A DNA stretch of 64,000 nt from Nitrospinales bacterium (GCA_965223345.1 CBDCWG010000012.1:1280001-1344000); one strand, 5' to 3'. Positions 28,269-38,254 are shown, counted from the stretch's first letter. Translations and numbers: made by a program. Notes: generated from the letters alone by a model not told the origin.

Positions 28269-29108
28269 ATGCCACTCGAAGATGAATTGGGAGATATTGT
28301 GCAAAAGGCCCGCGACGGAAAAGCATGGTCCAAGGGCGACCTTGTTCGTGCAACGGACCTCTCGGTTGACGACCTCCAACGGATAGAAAGTTATCAACTG
28401 ACACCGGAGGATTCGGATGTGTTGAAGCTCGCGAAGGTTTTGGATCTGGATGGACCTGCCTTGATCGATATTGCCCAGGACCGTTGGGAACCCGATAAAC
28501 CCGCCGATGATCCGGATTTTGATTTGGTCTGCCTCAATGTATTCATGGGTGAGTACCCTGTAAATTGCTACCTGTTGCGTTGCAAAGCTACGGGAGAAAC
28601 TGCCGTGGTGGACACGGGAGCAAACCCCAAAACCATCATCCGCAAAGCCCGGGAAATGGGTGTTCGACCCAGCATGATTTTATTGACCCATGCCCACCCG
28701 GATCACGCAGGCGGCTTGGGAGAACTCAGCGATGCGTTCGATTGCCCAACCTACATTGACCATAAAGAGCCCAGGCCCAAAGGCAGCAACAACTTCAAAA
28801 TTGTCAAGGAAGGCGATGAAATAACACTGGGAAATTTGCGAATCCGATGCATAGAAACGCCCGGTCATACGGCCGGTGGGGTTTCTTATCTGATAAACCA
28901 AACCCTGATTTCTGGGGATGTGATTTTCGCAGGGTCCATGGGGCGTGCGAATTCCTCGTGGCAAGACCTGTTCCATTCCATCACCAGGAAGGTATTGCGC
29001 TTACCCGATGCGACGGGCATTCACCCAGGCCATGGTCCCGCGACCACCGTGGGGCAGGAGAAAAATCACAATCCGTTTTTCAAAGGACGTGTGGGAAACG
29101 ATGCCTAA
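28269..29108 (+). CDS. MBL-fold metallo-hydrolase with N-terminal HTH-like domain
   Basis: THAHPDHAG, TPGHT, GDVIF, PGHGP; N-terminal LGDIVQKAR...LQRIES. Confidence 0.88.
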   Translation: MPLEDELGDIVQKARDGKAWSKGDLVRATDLSVDDLQRIESYQLTPEDSDVLKLAKVLDLDGPALIDIAQDRWEPDKPADDPDFDLVCLNVFMGEYPVNCYLLRCKATGETAVVDTGANPKTIIRKAREMGVRPSMILLTHAHPDHAGGLGELSDAFDCPTYIDHKEPRPKGSNNFKIVKEGDEITLGNLRIRCIETPGHTAGGVSYLINQTLISGDVIFAGSMGRANSSWQDLFHSITRKVLRLPDATGIHPGHGPATTVGQEKNHNPFFKGRVGNDA

Positions 29109-29161
29109 ACTGGTTTTGAAACCTGTAAGCCTTTTGGAAATGGGGAACGTGCGGTCTGGTT

Positions 29162-29232
29162 TTTCCTTTGCGTCCTCTGCGTCTTTGCGGTTACCCGATT
29201 TTTTGACCTTTGTTTTATCCCGTTATCCTGTC
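29162..29232. repeat. Right inverted-repeat arm of a 2.1-kb insert
   Basis: TTTCCTTTGCGTCCTCTGCGTCTTTGCG and TTTATCCCGTTATCCTGTC. Confidence 0.75.
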
Positions 29233-29239
29233 CCGCCTT

Positions 29240-29623
29240 TCAATCCTCCGGGTACTCCATCAACTCAATCTCATATTTGTCCGGGTCTTCGGTGAAGATG
29301 AATTTGGTGCCGTTCGAGGATTCGATCGGGCCTTCGGTGATGGGGACGCCGGCCTGTCTGAGTTGCTCCATGCAGGCGTGGAGGTCGTCCACCTGAAACG
29401 CCAGGTGGACGAGGTCTTCCGGCACGGCGACGTCACCGCTTTCGGGAAACGAGCACAGCTCGATCTCGCTGCCGGTGCCCGGCGCTTCCAGGAACGCCAG
29501 CTTGGAGCCGCGCGGCGAGGTTTTCTGTTCAGTGAGTTTGAGCCCCAGCACCTGTGTGTAAAAGTGCAGGGATTTTTCCATGTCCGCGACGCGGAAGCGG
29601 GTGTGCAGGTATTTTCGGATCAT
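29240..29623 (-). CDS. VOC family protein (lactoylglutathione lyase-like)
   Basis: LHTRFRVADMEKSLHFY, HLAFQVDD, FTEDPDKYEIEL. Confidence 0.88.
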   Translation of the reverse strand: MIRKYLHTRFRVADMEKSLHFYTQVLGLKLTEQKTSPRGSKLAFLEAPGTGSEIELCSFPESGDVAVPEDLVHLAFQVDDLHACMEQLRQAGVPITEGPIESSNGTKFIFTEDPDKYEIELMEYPED

Positions 29624-29658
29624 TTTTTCTTCATAGCCCTTTGCATGAGTCATAGTCG

Positions 29659-29740
29659 TGTCATGCTGAGTCCTTCGGCAAGCTCAGGACAAGCTCTGTC
29701 GAAGCATGATCAAGCACCCTTCGACAAGCTCAGGGTGACA
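29659..29740. repeat. REP-like doublet (inverted pair, left unit with nested copy)
   Basis: TGTCATGCTGAG...TGTCGAAGCATGA, then CCCTTCGACAAGCTCAGGGTGACA. Confidence 0.75.
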
Positions 29741-29814
29741 ATGAATTGAACTTTTCTCAACCCTTGGATTTATGCAAAGGGCTCTCAATGGGTGTCATCG
29801 AAGTCCGTTGACAC

Positions 29815-31197
29815 TCACAGGCCGGGATCGAATTTCACGGTCGGTTCGTAGCGTTTCAGCGGCTCGTGCACCAGCGCGACGATCTCCTTCAGCCGCTCCT
29901 GGGTGTCCGCCTCGAAGCGCAGCACCAGCACGGGCTGCGTGTTGGAGGCGCGGATCAACGCCCAGCCGCCGTCCAGGTTGACGCGCACACCGTCGATGTC
30001 CACCACGTCGTATTTCTCGCGGAAGTATTCGGTCATCTCCTTCACGATCTTGAATTTCTGGTCGTCGGGGCAGTCGATGCGGATTTCCGGCGTGTACGCG
30101 GTCACGGGAACGTCGGCCAGCATCTGCGAGAGTTTCTGATCGGAGGTGGCGACGATCTCGAGGATGCGGCAGGCGGCGTAGATGGCGTCGTCGAAGCCGT
30201 AGTAGGTGTCGGCGAAGCAGATGTGGCCGCTCATCTCGCCCGCCAGCAGCGCGCCGGTTTCCTTCATGCGCTTTTTGATGAGGGAATGGCCCGCGGCGGA
30301 CATCACCGGCGTGCCGCCCTTTTGCTTGATGTCGTTGAACAGGTTCTGCGAGCATTTCACTTCGCCGACGACGGTGGCGCCGGGATGCTTCTCCAGCAGG
30401 TTGCGGGCGAGCAGGATGAGCAGGTGGTCGCCCCAGATGATGCCGCCTTTCTCATCCACCAGGCCGATGCGGTCCGCATCGCCGTCGAAACCGATTCCCA
30501 GTTCCGCTTTCTCTTCTTTCACGCGCGCGATCAGGTCCTGCAGGTTTTTTTCCACAGTGGGGTCGGGGTGGTGGTTGGGAAAGCTGCCGTCGGGTTCGCA
30601 GTACAGCTCGATCACGTCCATGCCCATGCGCTTGAGCAGTTCGGGGCCGACGATGCCGAAGCAGCCGTTGCCGCCGTCCGCCACCACCTTGACCTTGCGC
30701 GGGATCGTCACGCTGCTCGCGATTTTGTCCATGTAGGCCTGCCGCACTTCCTTCTCGTCAAACGAACCGTCGCCGCTTTCGAAATCGCCTTTTTCGATGA
30801 GGCCGCGCAACTCCTGGATCTTTTCGCCATACAGACTGTTTTTCCCATGGCTGATCTTGAAGCCGTTGAACTCGGCCGGATTGTGGGAGCCGGTGATCAT
30901 CACGCCGCCGTCGGGGTTCAGGTGGTGCAGGGCGAAGTAGGCCACCGGCGTGGGCACCATGCCGATGTCGGTGACGTTGATGCCGGTGGAGCGCAGGCCC
31001 TTGGTGACGGCGTCGCGGAAATCCACCGAGCTTGCGCGCATGTCGCGGCCCACGGTGAAGGTTTTGCCGCCCTGTCTGCGGATGTAGGTGCCGATGGCTT
31101 TGCCGATCACTTCGACGGTGTCGGCGTTGAGGTCGCGGCCCACGATGCCGCGGATGTCGTATTCGCGAAAGATATCCGGATTGATGGTTTTGATCAT
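29815..31197 (-). CDS. Phosphomannomutase/phosphoglucomutase (AlgC-like)
   Basis: IFREYDIRG, ITGSHNP, FDGDADR, GEMSGH, RASNTQP. Confidence 0.95.
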   Translation of the reverse strand: MIKTINPDIFREYDIRGIVGRDLNADTVEVIGKAIGTYIRRQGGKTFTVGRDMRASSVDFRDAVTKGLRSTGINVTDIGMVPTPVAYFALHHLNPDGGVMITGSHNPAEFNGFKISHGKNSLYGEKIQELRGLIEKGDFESGDGSFDEKEVRQAYMDKIASSVTIPRKVKVVADGGNGCFGIVGPELLKRMGMDVIELYCEPDGSFPNHHPDPTVEKNLQDLIARVKEEKAELGIGFDGDADRIGLVDEKGGIIWGDHLLILLARNLLEKHPGATVVGEVKCSQNLFNDIKQKGGTPVMSAAGHSLIKKRMKETGALLAGEMSGHICFADTYYGFDDAIYAACRILEIVATSDQKLSQMLADVPVTAYTPEIRIDCPDDQKFKIVKEMTEYFREKYDVVDIDGVRVNLDGGWALIRASNTQPVLVLRFEADTQERLKEIVALVHEPLKRYEPTVKFDPGL

Positions 31198-31498
31198 GAT
31201 TCCTCTGAGTGAACGGAAGTGGAAAAATTCCATTTGCGGGAAAATTTCCATCAAGGATAAGCGAAACCCGGTTGGAGTGCAACGCGGGTTTTTCGTCGTC
31301 CCGGCAACCGGGCCGCATTGGAAGCCCGCCGCCGGAGAGGTTGAGAATCCGCGTCGAGGCCGCCGCACCGCGCCAGGGCGGGGGAAAGCGCTAGGGGCTG
31401 ACCTGTAAGTGTGTTACGATTTAGAGACGCATTATTCCTGTCTCCGTGGCCGCTTTCCGTTAGATTTCCGTTAGCTTTTTCGCACGCAGGAGAAACCC

Positions 31499-33028
31499 GT
31501 GAAAATCTGTCTGGTCGAGCCTTCCAAATTCGTGTCGCTGACCAATTTCGTGTCCACCATCAGCATGCCGCCGATCGGTCTCGCCTACATCGCCGCGGCG
31601 CTCAGGGAGGCGGGGCACGAGGTGCACGTGGTGGACGGCCCCGGCTCGGCCCCGCGGCATTTTTTCAAATTCAAGGACGTGCGCATCCGCGGCCTGACGG
31701 ACGAGGCTATCGTCGCCCGCATCCCCAGGGATGTCGAGGTCATCGGGCTGGGCTGCATGTTCACCTCGCACTGGGTGTACGTGCGCGGGCTGATCGAGCG
31801 CATCCGCCAAGCGTTTCCCGATGCGCGTCTGATGATGGGCGGCGAGCACGTCACCGGATTCCCCGAGTATTCGCTGCAAGGCGCGCCGCTCGATGCGGTC
31901 GTTTTGGGCGAAGGCGAGGAGACGGCGGTAGAGCTTGTGGATCACTGGCAGCGCGGTGCGCCACTGGAAGCGGTTGCGGGCATCGCGTACCGCGATGCGG
32001 GCGGGACGATCCGGGTGAACCCGCGGCGCAAGCGCAAGCGCGACATCGATGCCATCGCCTGGCCGGCCTGGGATCTGTTCGACATCGAGACCTACAATGC
32101 GGTGAACCAGCCGCACGGCGCCTCGCAGGGCAGCTTCATGCCCATGCTGGCGACGCGCGGATGCCCCTTCTCCTGCACGTTCTGCACGAGTCCCAATATG
32201 TGGACGACGGAATGGATCCCCAGAGACCACAAACTGGTGGTCGATGAGATGGAGACCTACCACAAACGCTACGGCACGACCGATTTTCAGTTCGAGGACC
32301 TCACCGCCATCGTGCGCAAACAGTGGATCAGCGATTTCTGCGACGAGATCGTGGCGCGCGGCATGAAAATCACGTTTCAACTGCCCTCGGGCACGCGCAG
32401 CGAGGGCATCGATTACGAGGTGGCGAAAAAACTCAAAGCGGCGGGCTGCCACGAGTTCGCGTTCGCGCCGGAATCGGGCGACCCGCGCGTGCTGAAAGCG
32501 ATCAAGAAAAAAGTGCACCTGCCGACGATGTTCGAATCGGCGCAGGCGGCGCTCAAGGCGGGCATCAACGTGGGCTGCTTTTTCATCATCGGCTTTCCGG
32601 AAGACGATTTCAAAAGCGTGCTGCGCACGTACGGCGCCATTGTCAAATGCGGGTGGCTGGGGCTGACGAACGTCAACCTGAACGCTTATTCGCCGCAGCC
32701 CAACACGGAATCCTTCAACCAGCTGCGTGAAGACGGCGTCATCACCGAACTGTCGGACGCATACCTGATGAGCCTGTTCACGTTCCAGGATTTCGGCGCC
32801 AAGAAAACGTCCTACAACAAACATTTCGGCGACTGGCAGCTGTCGTTCCTGGTGACGTTCGGGGTTTTCCTGTTCTACTCGGTGTATTTTGTGCGCAAAC
32901 CGAAACGCATCGTGCAGCTGTTCACCGATCTGTTCACCGAATCCTCCAGCAACAAGAGCACCAAAATGGCGAAATCCTTCCTCAAAGACGCGTTCACGGT
33001 GATGAAAAACAAATGGAGCCGCGCCTGA
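31499..33028 (+). CDS. B12-binding-domain radical SAM protein
   Basis: PPIGLAYIAA, GGEHVT, GEGEET, RGCPFSCTFC, APESG. Confidence 0.92.
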   Translation: MKICLVEPSKFVSLTNFVSTISMPPIGLAYIAAALREAGHEVHVVDGPGSAPRHFFKFKDVRIRGLTDEAIVARIPRDVEVIGLGCMFTSHWVYVRGLIERIRQAFPDARLMMGGEHVTGFPEYSLQGAPLDAVVLGEGEETAVELVDHWQRGAPLEAVAGIAYRDAGGTIRVNPRRKRKRDIDAIAWPAWDLFDIETYNAVNQPHGASQGSFMPMLATRGCPFSCTFCTSPNMWTTEWIPRDHKLVVDEMETYHKRYGTTDFQFEDLTAIVRKQWISDFCDEIVARGMKITFQLPSGTRSEGIDYEVAKKLKAAGCHEFAFAPESGDPRVLKAIKKKVHLPTMFESAQAALKAGINVGCFFIIGFPEDDFKSVLRTYGAIVKCGWLGLTNVNLNAYSPQPNTESFNQLREDGVITELSDAYLMSLFTFQDFGAKKTSYNKHFGDWQLSFLVTFGVFLFYSVYFVRKPKRIVQLFTDLFTESSSNKSTKMAKSFLKDAFTVMKNKWSRA

Positions 33029-33037
33029 AGTCCGGCC

Positions 33038-33355
33038 TCACCCACTCCAGTTGCCGAGGTACAGCGCGGCCAGCAGCATCACCATGCCGAGCCAGAGGTT
33101 GCGTGCGAGCCCCTGCACGTATTTGAAGTGCTCGAACTCCTCTTTGGATTCCCGTTTTCGGTCAAACAACATATAGTCGATGATGAACGCCACCGGCGGC
33201 AGCACGGTCCACGCGCCCAGGATGGTCTGGGGCGGACAGTCGGTGACGTGGGAGCGGATGGTGTACAAGATGCCCAGAACCATCAGGGTGGGCAAAAACG
33301 CTTTGCTGATTTTGATGCGGGTTCCCTGTTTCATTGTTGCGGTTTGCGTGCTCAT
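33038..33355 (-). CDS. Small membrane hypothetical protein
   Basis: About 105 aa, three hydrophobic segments, host-like codons. Confidence 0.55.
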   Translation of the reverse strand: MSTQTATMKQGTRIKISKAFLPTLMVLGILYTIRSHVTDCPPQTILGAWTVLPPVAFIIDYMLFDRKRESKEEFEHFKYVQGLARNLWLGMVMLLAALYLGNWSG

Positions 33356-33590
33356 TTCGATGCTCTCCCGGAAATCATGGAATGGAAGGGGTTGCCGGAT
33401 TTGCAGGGCCCGCGCGATTTGCCGTGGATGCGCGGGCCTCTTGAACCATCGTAGCGCGTCGTTCTGGCGAATTCCAGTGGCTTTGTTTTTGCATTGGGAA
33501 TTGCCGTACCCAGCCCTTATAATTGCCACGTCGCGGCCCGGTTTGAGATGCGGGCACGGCGTGAATGACGGATGGAGATACGGAGACGGG

Positions 33591-35147
33591 ATGGATGCGA
33601 CGCCGATGAGCAGCGCCGACAGAAGACGCCGGGAGCTTGCAGAATCCCTGAAAAAACAGGAGGTTCTGCGGGCCGCGTATTGGCGGGACAAGGACCGTTT
33701 CCTGCCGCAACGGCTGGAATGGCGGGCGCGCATGGTGCGCCATCTGTTCCATCTGCTGCCAGGTGAGAGCATCCTGGAAGTGGGCAGCGGCGGCAGCGAA
33801 TGGGCGCAGGAGATCGCCCGCTGCAACGGCGGCCACAACCCCATCTGCGCGGCGACCTTTGGCGGCGTCAACGGAGCCGGGCGGCCGCCGGAAACAGCGG
33901 TTGGCCACATCGAGAGCGTGACGCTGGATGCGTTTCCCGGAGACCTCGCGGACCGCCGGTTCGATTTCATCGTCGGCTGGAATCTTTTGACGGAAGAAAA
34001 CTGCGCGTCGTTTCTGCAGGAAGCCAAGCGGCTGTTGCATCCCGGCGGACAGATCCTGCTGTTCGACTGGAATCCCTGGAACCCGTTTTACATCCTGCGC
34101 CGCACCTTCGCGCGGCTGTTTTCCTTTCTGGGGACGGGCCGATCGGCGGGCCGGCCGATCAACCGCATCGACCTGTTCACCATCCTTTCGGAGGTGGGGT
34201 ACGTGGGGATCAAGATCCTGCCCTACGATTTCGTGTTTCCATCGACCCCGCGGTTTCTGCTCTGGCCGATGCAGAACCTCAGCCTCATTTTCGAGAATTT
34301 TCCCTATTTCCGCAATTTCGCCGGTTCGCTGTATCTGAACGCACAGAAACCGCCGCTCGAAGGCTGGGTGCGCCCCGGAACCGACCTGACCGCGCACGAG
34401 AGCTTCAAAAACCGGGTTTCGGTGGTGGTGCCCTGCCACAACGAAGAAGACAACGTGTCCGCGCTGGTGGACAACCTGAGGGCCTGTTACGGCAACTACC
34501 TGCACGAAGTGATCCTGGTGGACGACAACAGCACGGACGACACCGCCGCGGTGGTCGAACGGCTGGGGAGGGAGGATCCGCGCATCCGCCTGGTGCGGCG
34601 CGGCCTGCCCAACGGGGTCGGGCGGGCGCTCAGGGACGGTTTCGCGGCGGTGCGCGGCGACTACGTGCTGATGATGGACTGCGATTTTCAGCACATCCTG
34701 CCCGAGCTCACCGGTCTGTTCGACGCGGTGGCGGAAGGGGCGGACGTGGCCATCGGCAGCCGGTTTTCGCGCAAGAGCGTGCTGCTCAATTACGCTTTCA
34801 CCAAGATCCTTGCCAACCGCGGCTTTCACATCCTGGCGAACCTCGCACTGGGGCGGCATTTCCGCGACGCGACCAACAACCTCAAGCTGATGCGAAAGGA
34901 CGTGCTGGATGCGATCCACATCGAAACCGACGATTTCGCGGCGAACGCTGAAACGGGGCTGCAGCCCATCCTTTTGGGCTACGATGTGCGCGAGGTGCCG
35001 ATTTCCTGGATCAACCGTTCGGTGGACATGGGATTCTCCAGCTTCAGCCTGCTCAAGACCGGTCCCAATTACCTGCGCGTGCTGTTCCGGCTGATCTGGC
35101 GCAAATGGCTCGGAAAGGAAATCGTCCCGCAAACGGCGGGGAAGTGA
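33591..35147 (+). CDS. Bifunctional class I SAM-methyltransferase-like / GT2 glycosyltransferase
   Basis: ILEVGSGG, RLLHPGG; then VSVVVPCHNEE, VDDNSTD, MDCD, IGSRF (Dol-P-Man synthase-like). Confidence 0.88.
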   Translation: MDATPMSSADRRRRELAESLKKQEVLRAAYWRDKDRFLPQRLEWRARMVRHLFHLLPGESILEVGSGGSEWAQEIARCNGGHNPICAATFGGVNGAGRPPETAVGHIESVTLDAFPGDLADRRFDFIVGWNLLTEENCASFLQEAKRLLHPGGQILLFDWNPWNPFYILRRTFARLFSFLGTGRSAGRPINRIDLFTILSEVGYVGIKILPYDFVFPSTPRFLLWPMQNLSLIFENFPYFRNFAGSLYLNAQKPPLEGWVRPGTDLTAHESFKNRVSVVVPCHNEEDNVSALVDNLRACYGNYLHEVILVDDNSTDDTAAVVERLGREDPRIRLVRRGLPNGVGRALRDGFAAVRGDYVLMMDCDFQHILPELTGLFDAVAEGADVAIGSRFSRKSVLLNYAFTKILANRGFHILANLALGRHFRDATNNLKLMRKDVLDAIHIETDDFAANAETGLQPILLGYDVREVPISWINRSVDMGFSSFSLLKTGPNYLRVLFRLIWRKWLGKEIVPQTAGK

Positions 35148-35177
35148 GCCGGGTGTTCTCGCTGACTTGCTGCGGTT

Positions 35178-36434
35178 TCAAGGCTCGGATGCGCCGCCGG
35201 ATTTTCGGTGCGTCAGCGTGCTGTTGATTTTCATGCGGCGTCCGTCGCGCAGCACGGTGAGCTGGATTTTTCTCCCCGGCGAGAGACCGAGCAGCTTGCG
35301 GCGAAACACCACGAAATCGGTGATCGGCTGATCGTCGAGCTTCACCAGGATGTCGCCGGCCTTGAGGCCGGATCGCTCCGCCGGGCTGCCCGGCTCGACT
35401 TCCTGGATTCTGAGCACCGCGCGGCCTGCGGCGTTTTGCTCCGCCGCTTCTTCCGGTGTCAGCGCCGTCGCCTTGATCCCCAGCCAGCCGCGGTCGGTTT
35501 GTCCCAGCACCAGCATCGGCATCACTTCCTTCACCGTGTTCACCGGAACCGCGAAACCGATCAACTGCGCTTCGGAGACGATGGCGGTGTTGATCCCCAC
35601 CACCTCGCCGTGAAAGTTGACCAGCGGGCCGCCGCTGCTGCCGGGATTGATGGCGGAGTCGGTTTGGATGAAGTTGGCGTACTTGTCGTTGCTGCCCGGC
35701 GACACCCGCTCCTTGGCGCTGATGAGCCCGGAGGTCACGGTGTGCGTCAGTCCCAGCGGGTTGCCGATGGCGAGCACGGTCTCTCCCATTTTGAGGCGGT
35801 CGGAATCGCCCAGCGGCAGCACAGTGAGGGGATGGTCGGGTTCGATCTTGATGAGCGCCGTGTCGGTGAGCCGGTCGATGCCGATGATGGTGGCGTGGTA
35901 TTCCTTGCGGCTGTGCGCCAGCCCGATGCGGATGTCGAGCGCGTTGAAGATCACGTGCGCGTTGGTGAGGATGTAGCCCTCCTCGTTGATGATGAATCCC
36001 GAACCGAGGCTCAGGCCCTCGGTGTTGAAGGGAATCGGCACCTGAAAGGGGACGATCTCAAACAGGGTGGATATGAAGGGGATCTTGATCGGCAAGAGGT
36101 CGTTGGGCGCGATGCCGAATTTGACGTCCCGTTCCTCCAGGCGCAGCGTGTAAATGTTGACCACGCCGTCCTGCACTTGCCCGGTCAGTTCGGCGAACGA
36201 TTCGTTGTGCAGGGGCACCGGTTTGCGGGTTGCCGCATCCTTTTTTTCCTTCCAGAAATTGGTGAGGCTGAGCTGTTCGAAGGTGAATTCCTGAAACCGC
36301 TTGTCGAAGATCGGCGCTTCCTTTTCGACCAGCGACCCGGCGTTTTCATTCGGCTTCTTCGATACCGAACAGGCCGTGAGCAGGATCAGAAAGAGGAATG
36401 AGGCGGCGCGGAGGATTGTGATCGGTGCGTGCAA
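35178..36434 (-). CDS. HtrA/DegQ-family serine protease with PDZ domain, probable lipoprotein
   Basis: LGSGFII, TNAHV, IQTDSAINPGSSGGPL, LTAC lipobox. Confidence 0.93.
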   Translation of the reverse strand: MHAPITILRAASFLFLILLTACSVSKKPNENAGSLVEKEAPIFDKRFQEFTFEQLSLTNFWKEKKDAATRKPVPLHNESFAELTGQVQDGVVNIYTLRLEERDVKFGIAPNDLLPIKIPFISTLFEIVPFQVPIPFNTEGLSLGSGFIINEEGYILTNAHVIFNALDIRIGLAHSRKEYHATIIGIDRLTDTALIKIEPDHPLTVLPLGDSDRLKMGETVLAIGNPLGLTHTVTSGLISAKERVSPGSNDKYANFIQTDSAINPGSSGGPLVNFHGEVVGINTAIVSEAQLIGFAVPVNTVKEVMPMLVLGQTDRGWLGIKATALTPEEAAEQNAAGRAVLRIQEVEPGSPAERSGLKAGDILVKLDDQPITDFVVFRRKLLGLSPGRKIQLTVLRDGRRMKINSTLTHRKSGGASEP

Positions 36435-36509
36435 GGGGAAGGGCCGTTTCCTCGGGCGTCAGCGCCCAATGCCGGGGACCGGCGCGGTGACCGGGGTTCC
36501 CCGAGGGGT

Positions 36510-37307
36510 TCAGTAGGGAATCTTGTTCAAGCCGCCATCGATGGTGACGTTGGTGGCGGTGATCCAGCTTGCGTGATCGGAGGCGAGAAACAGCACCATT
36601 CCGGTGACGTCTTCCGGCATCCCCATGCGCTCAAGCGGCAGCGACTGCGCGGTCTGGGTGCGGATTTCCCCGGCGACGACGTCCGTCGGTTTTCCGGACT
36701 GACCGGCCAGCGCTTCCGCTTCTTTCTCCCAGGAACGCGTCCACACCGGACCCGGAGACACCGCGTTGACGCAGATTTTATCGGCCGCCAACGACTGCGC
36801 CAGGCAAACGGTCAGATTGGACAGGGCGGCCTTCATGGCGCTGTAGTGGGGAAACATCTCTCCCGGGCGTGCGGCGGCGGTGGAGCTGATGTTGATGATC
36901 CGCGCCGCGGACGATCTCTTGAGCGCCGGCACGCACAAGCGGGTGAGCCGCACCACCTGCATCAGGTTGACGTCGAACGAATCCTGCCAGTCCGCGTCCG
37001 TGGCCTCGGAAAACGCCGCCAGTTTGATGATCGAGCCCGCGTTGTTGACCAGAACGTCCAGCCCGCCCAGCGCCTCCTGTACCTTATCGTGCAGGGACTG
37101 GATTTCCTCAAGCCGGGTGAGATCGGCGGGATGAAAAAAATGCCCGCTGCCCGCGATTTCGCCGGACAGCGATTGCAGGCGGTCTTCGCTGCGCGCACAG
37201 CCCGCGACGCGCGCGCCGGCGGCGGCGAATTTGAGGGCGAGGGCGCGGCCGATGCCGTCGCCCACACCGGTGATCAACACCCTGCGGCCTTTCAGGTTCA
37301 AATCCAT
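36510..37307 (-). CDS. SDR family oxidoreductase
   Basis: TGVGDGIG, LVNNAG, YSAMK, VSPG. Confidence 0.92.
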   Translation of the reverse strand: MDLNLKGRRVLITGVGDGIGRALALKFAAAGARVAGCARSEDRLQSLSGEIAGSGHFFHPADLTRLEEIQSLHDKVQEALGGLDVLVNNAGSIIKLAAFSEATDADWQDSFDVNLMQVVRLTRLCVPALKRSSAARIINISSTAAARPGEMFPHYSAMKAALSNLTVCLAQSLAADKICVNAVSPGPVWTRSWEKEAEALAGQSGKPTDVVAGEIRTQTAQSLPLERMGMPEDVTGMVLFLASDHASWITATNVTIDGGLNKIPY

Positions 37308-37359
37308 GTTACAATTTCACCTTTCATTAAACAAACGCGACCCTCACCCCGCTCAATTC

Positions 37360-37716
37360 ATGGACCCGGACCTGATCGAAAAAGTCACCCAATCCCCATC
37401 CCTCGGCTGGGTGTTCGCCGCCATGGGCGTTCTCATTCCCAATGCGTTTCTGGGAACCTACATGGCTTTTTTCAAGCGCCCGCCGCTGCTCATCAAAACC
37501 CATGCGTTGCTGTATGGAGTCATCGTGATCGCGCTGATCACGTTTCTGGTGCGCAACCACATTCACTATGGAAACACGGTGTGGGAGTACCTAGTTTTTG
37601 CGTACTTTATCACACTCGTTCCCTTTAGCAAGCGCTGGGACGTGCTGCTGCACGCCCTCGTCTGCATCGTGGGACTGCTGTTGCTGCCGGTGCTGGTGCT
37701 GCTCAAGATGTTCTGA
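37360..37716 (+). CDS. Membrane hypothetical protein
   Basis: About 118 aa with four hydrophobic segments. Confidence 0.65.
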   Translation: MDPDLIEKVTQSPSLGWVFAAMGVLIPNAFLGTYMAFFKRPPLLIKTHALLYGVIVIALITFLVRNHIHYGNTVWEYLVFAYFITLVPFSKRWDVLLHALVCIVGLLLLPVLVLLKMF

Positions 37717-37723
37717 CGCCGCC

Positions 37724-38254
37724 TCACTGCACGCGCTGGTAGTGGATCTGGACCACGTGGTTTTCTTTTCCCTTTTCGAACCCCGTCCAGCGCTGTGTGA
37801 CGGTGTCCTTGTCGTTGAAGACGATCGTCGCGCCGTGCATGTGTTGATCGTGTGACACATTGATGGGCGCGTCTTCGGCGAGGTCCAGCGTGATGCTGTT
37901 CGCGTCCATGCTCTTAAGCACCATCTTCGGCTGATTGCCGATCATGCAGTAGTGGGTCATCGAGAGCTTTTTGGCGGCGTTGTCGTGATAGACCGAGACC
38001 ATCTCGTGCGGCGAGCCGACGGAAAACGTTTCCACGATGGCGCTGCCGCCGGAGGTGAGCCTGTATTCGGTTTTCATCTTCTGCGGGCCTTTGCCCATGT
38101 CCATCGTGCCTTCCCAGGTGCCCACCAGTTGTTTCATGCGTTCGAAGGCTTCAGAGCCCACATAGGGCTTGGGCATTTCTTCGGCGTGGACGGGCAGCAG
38201 TCCACATACAAACAAGAAAACCAGAGCGATCAAAACTCTCTTTGTGTTGTTCAT
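37724..38254 (-). CDS. Exported hypothetical protein
   Basis: Signal peptide; LVGTWEG, EMVSVYH, MTHYCMIGNQP, HMH. Confidence 0.75.
   Translation of the reverse strand: MNNTKRVLIALVFLFVCGLLPVHAEEMPKPYVGSEAFERMKQLVGTWEGTMDMGKGPQKMKTEYRLTSGGSAIVETFSVGSPHEMVSVYHDNAAKKLSMTHYCMIGNQPKMVLKSMDANSITLDLAEDAPINVSHDQHMHGATIVFNDKDTVTQRWTGFEKGKENHVVQIHYQRVQ

Noticed and set aside
33038..34027. 329-aa minus-strand ORF and the 33180 start of the glycosyltransferase
   Set aside because: They overlap each other; starts at 33355 (-) and 33591 (+) give two plausible divergent genes
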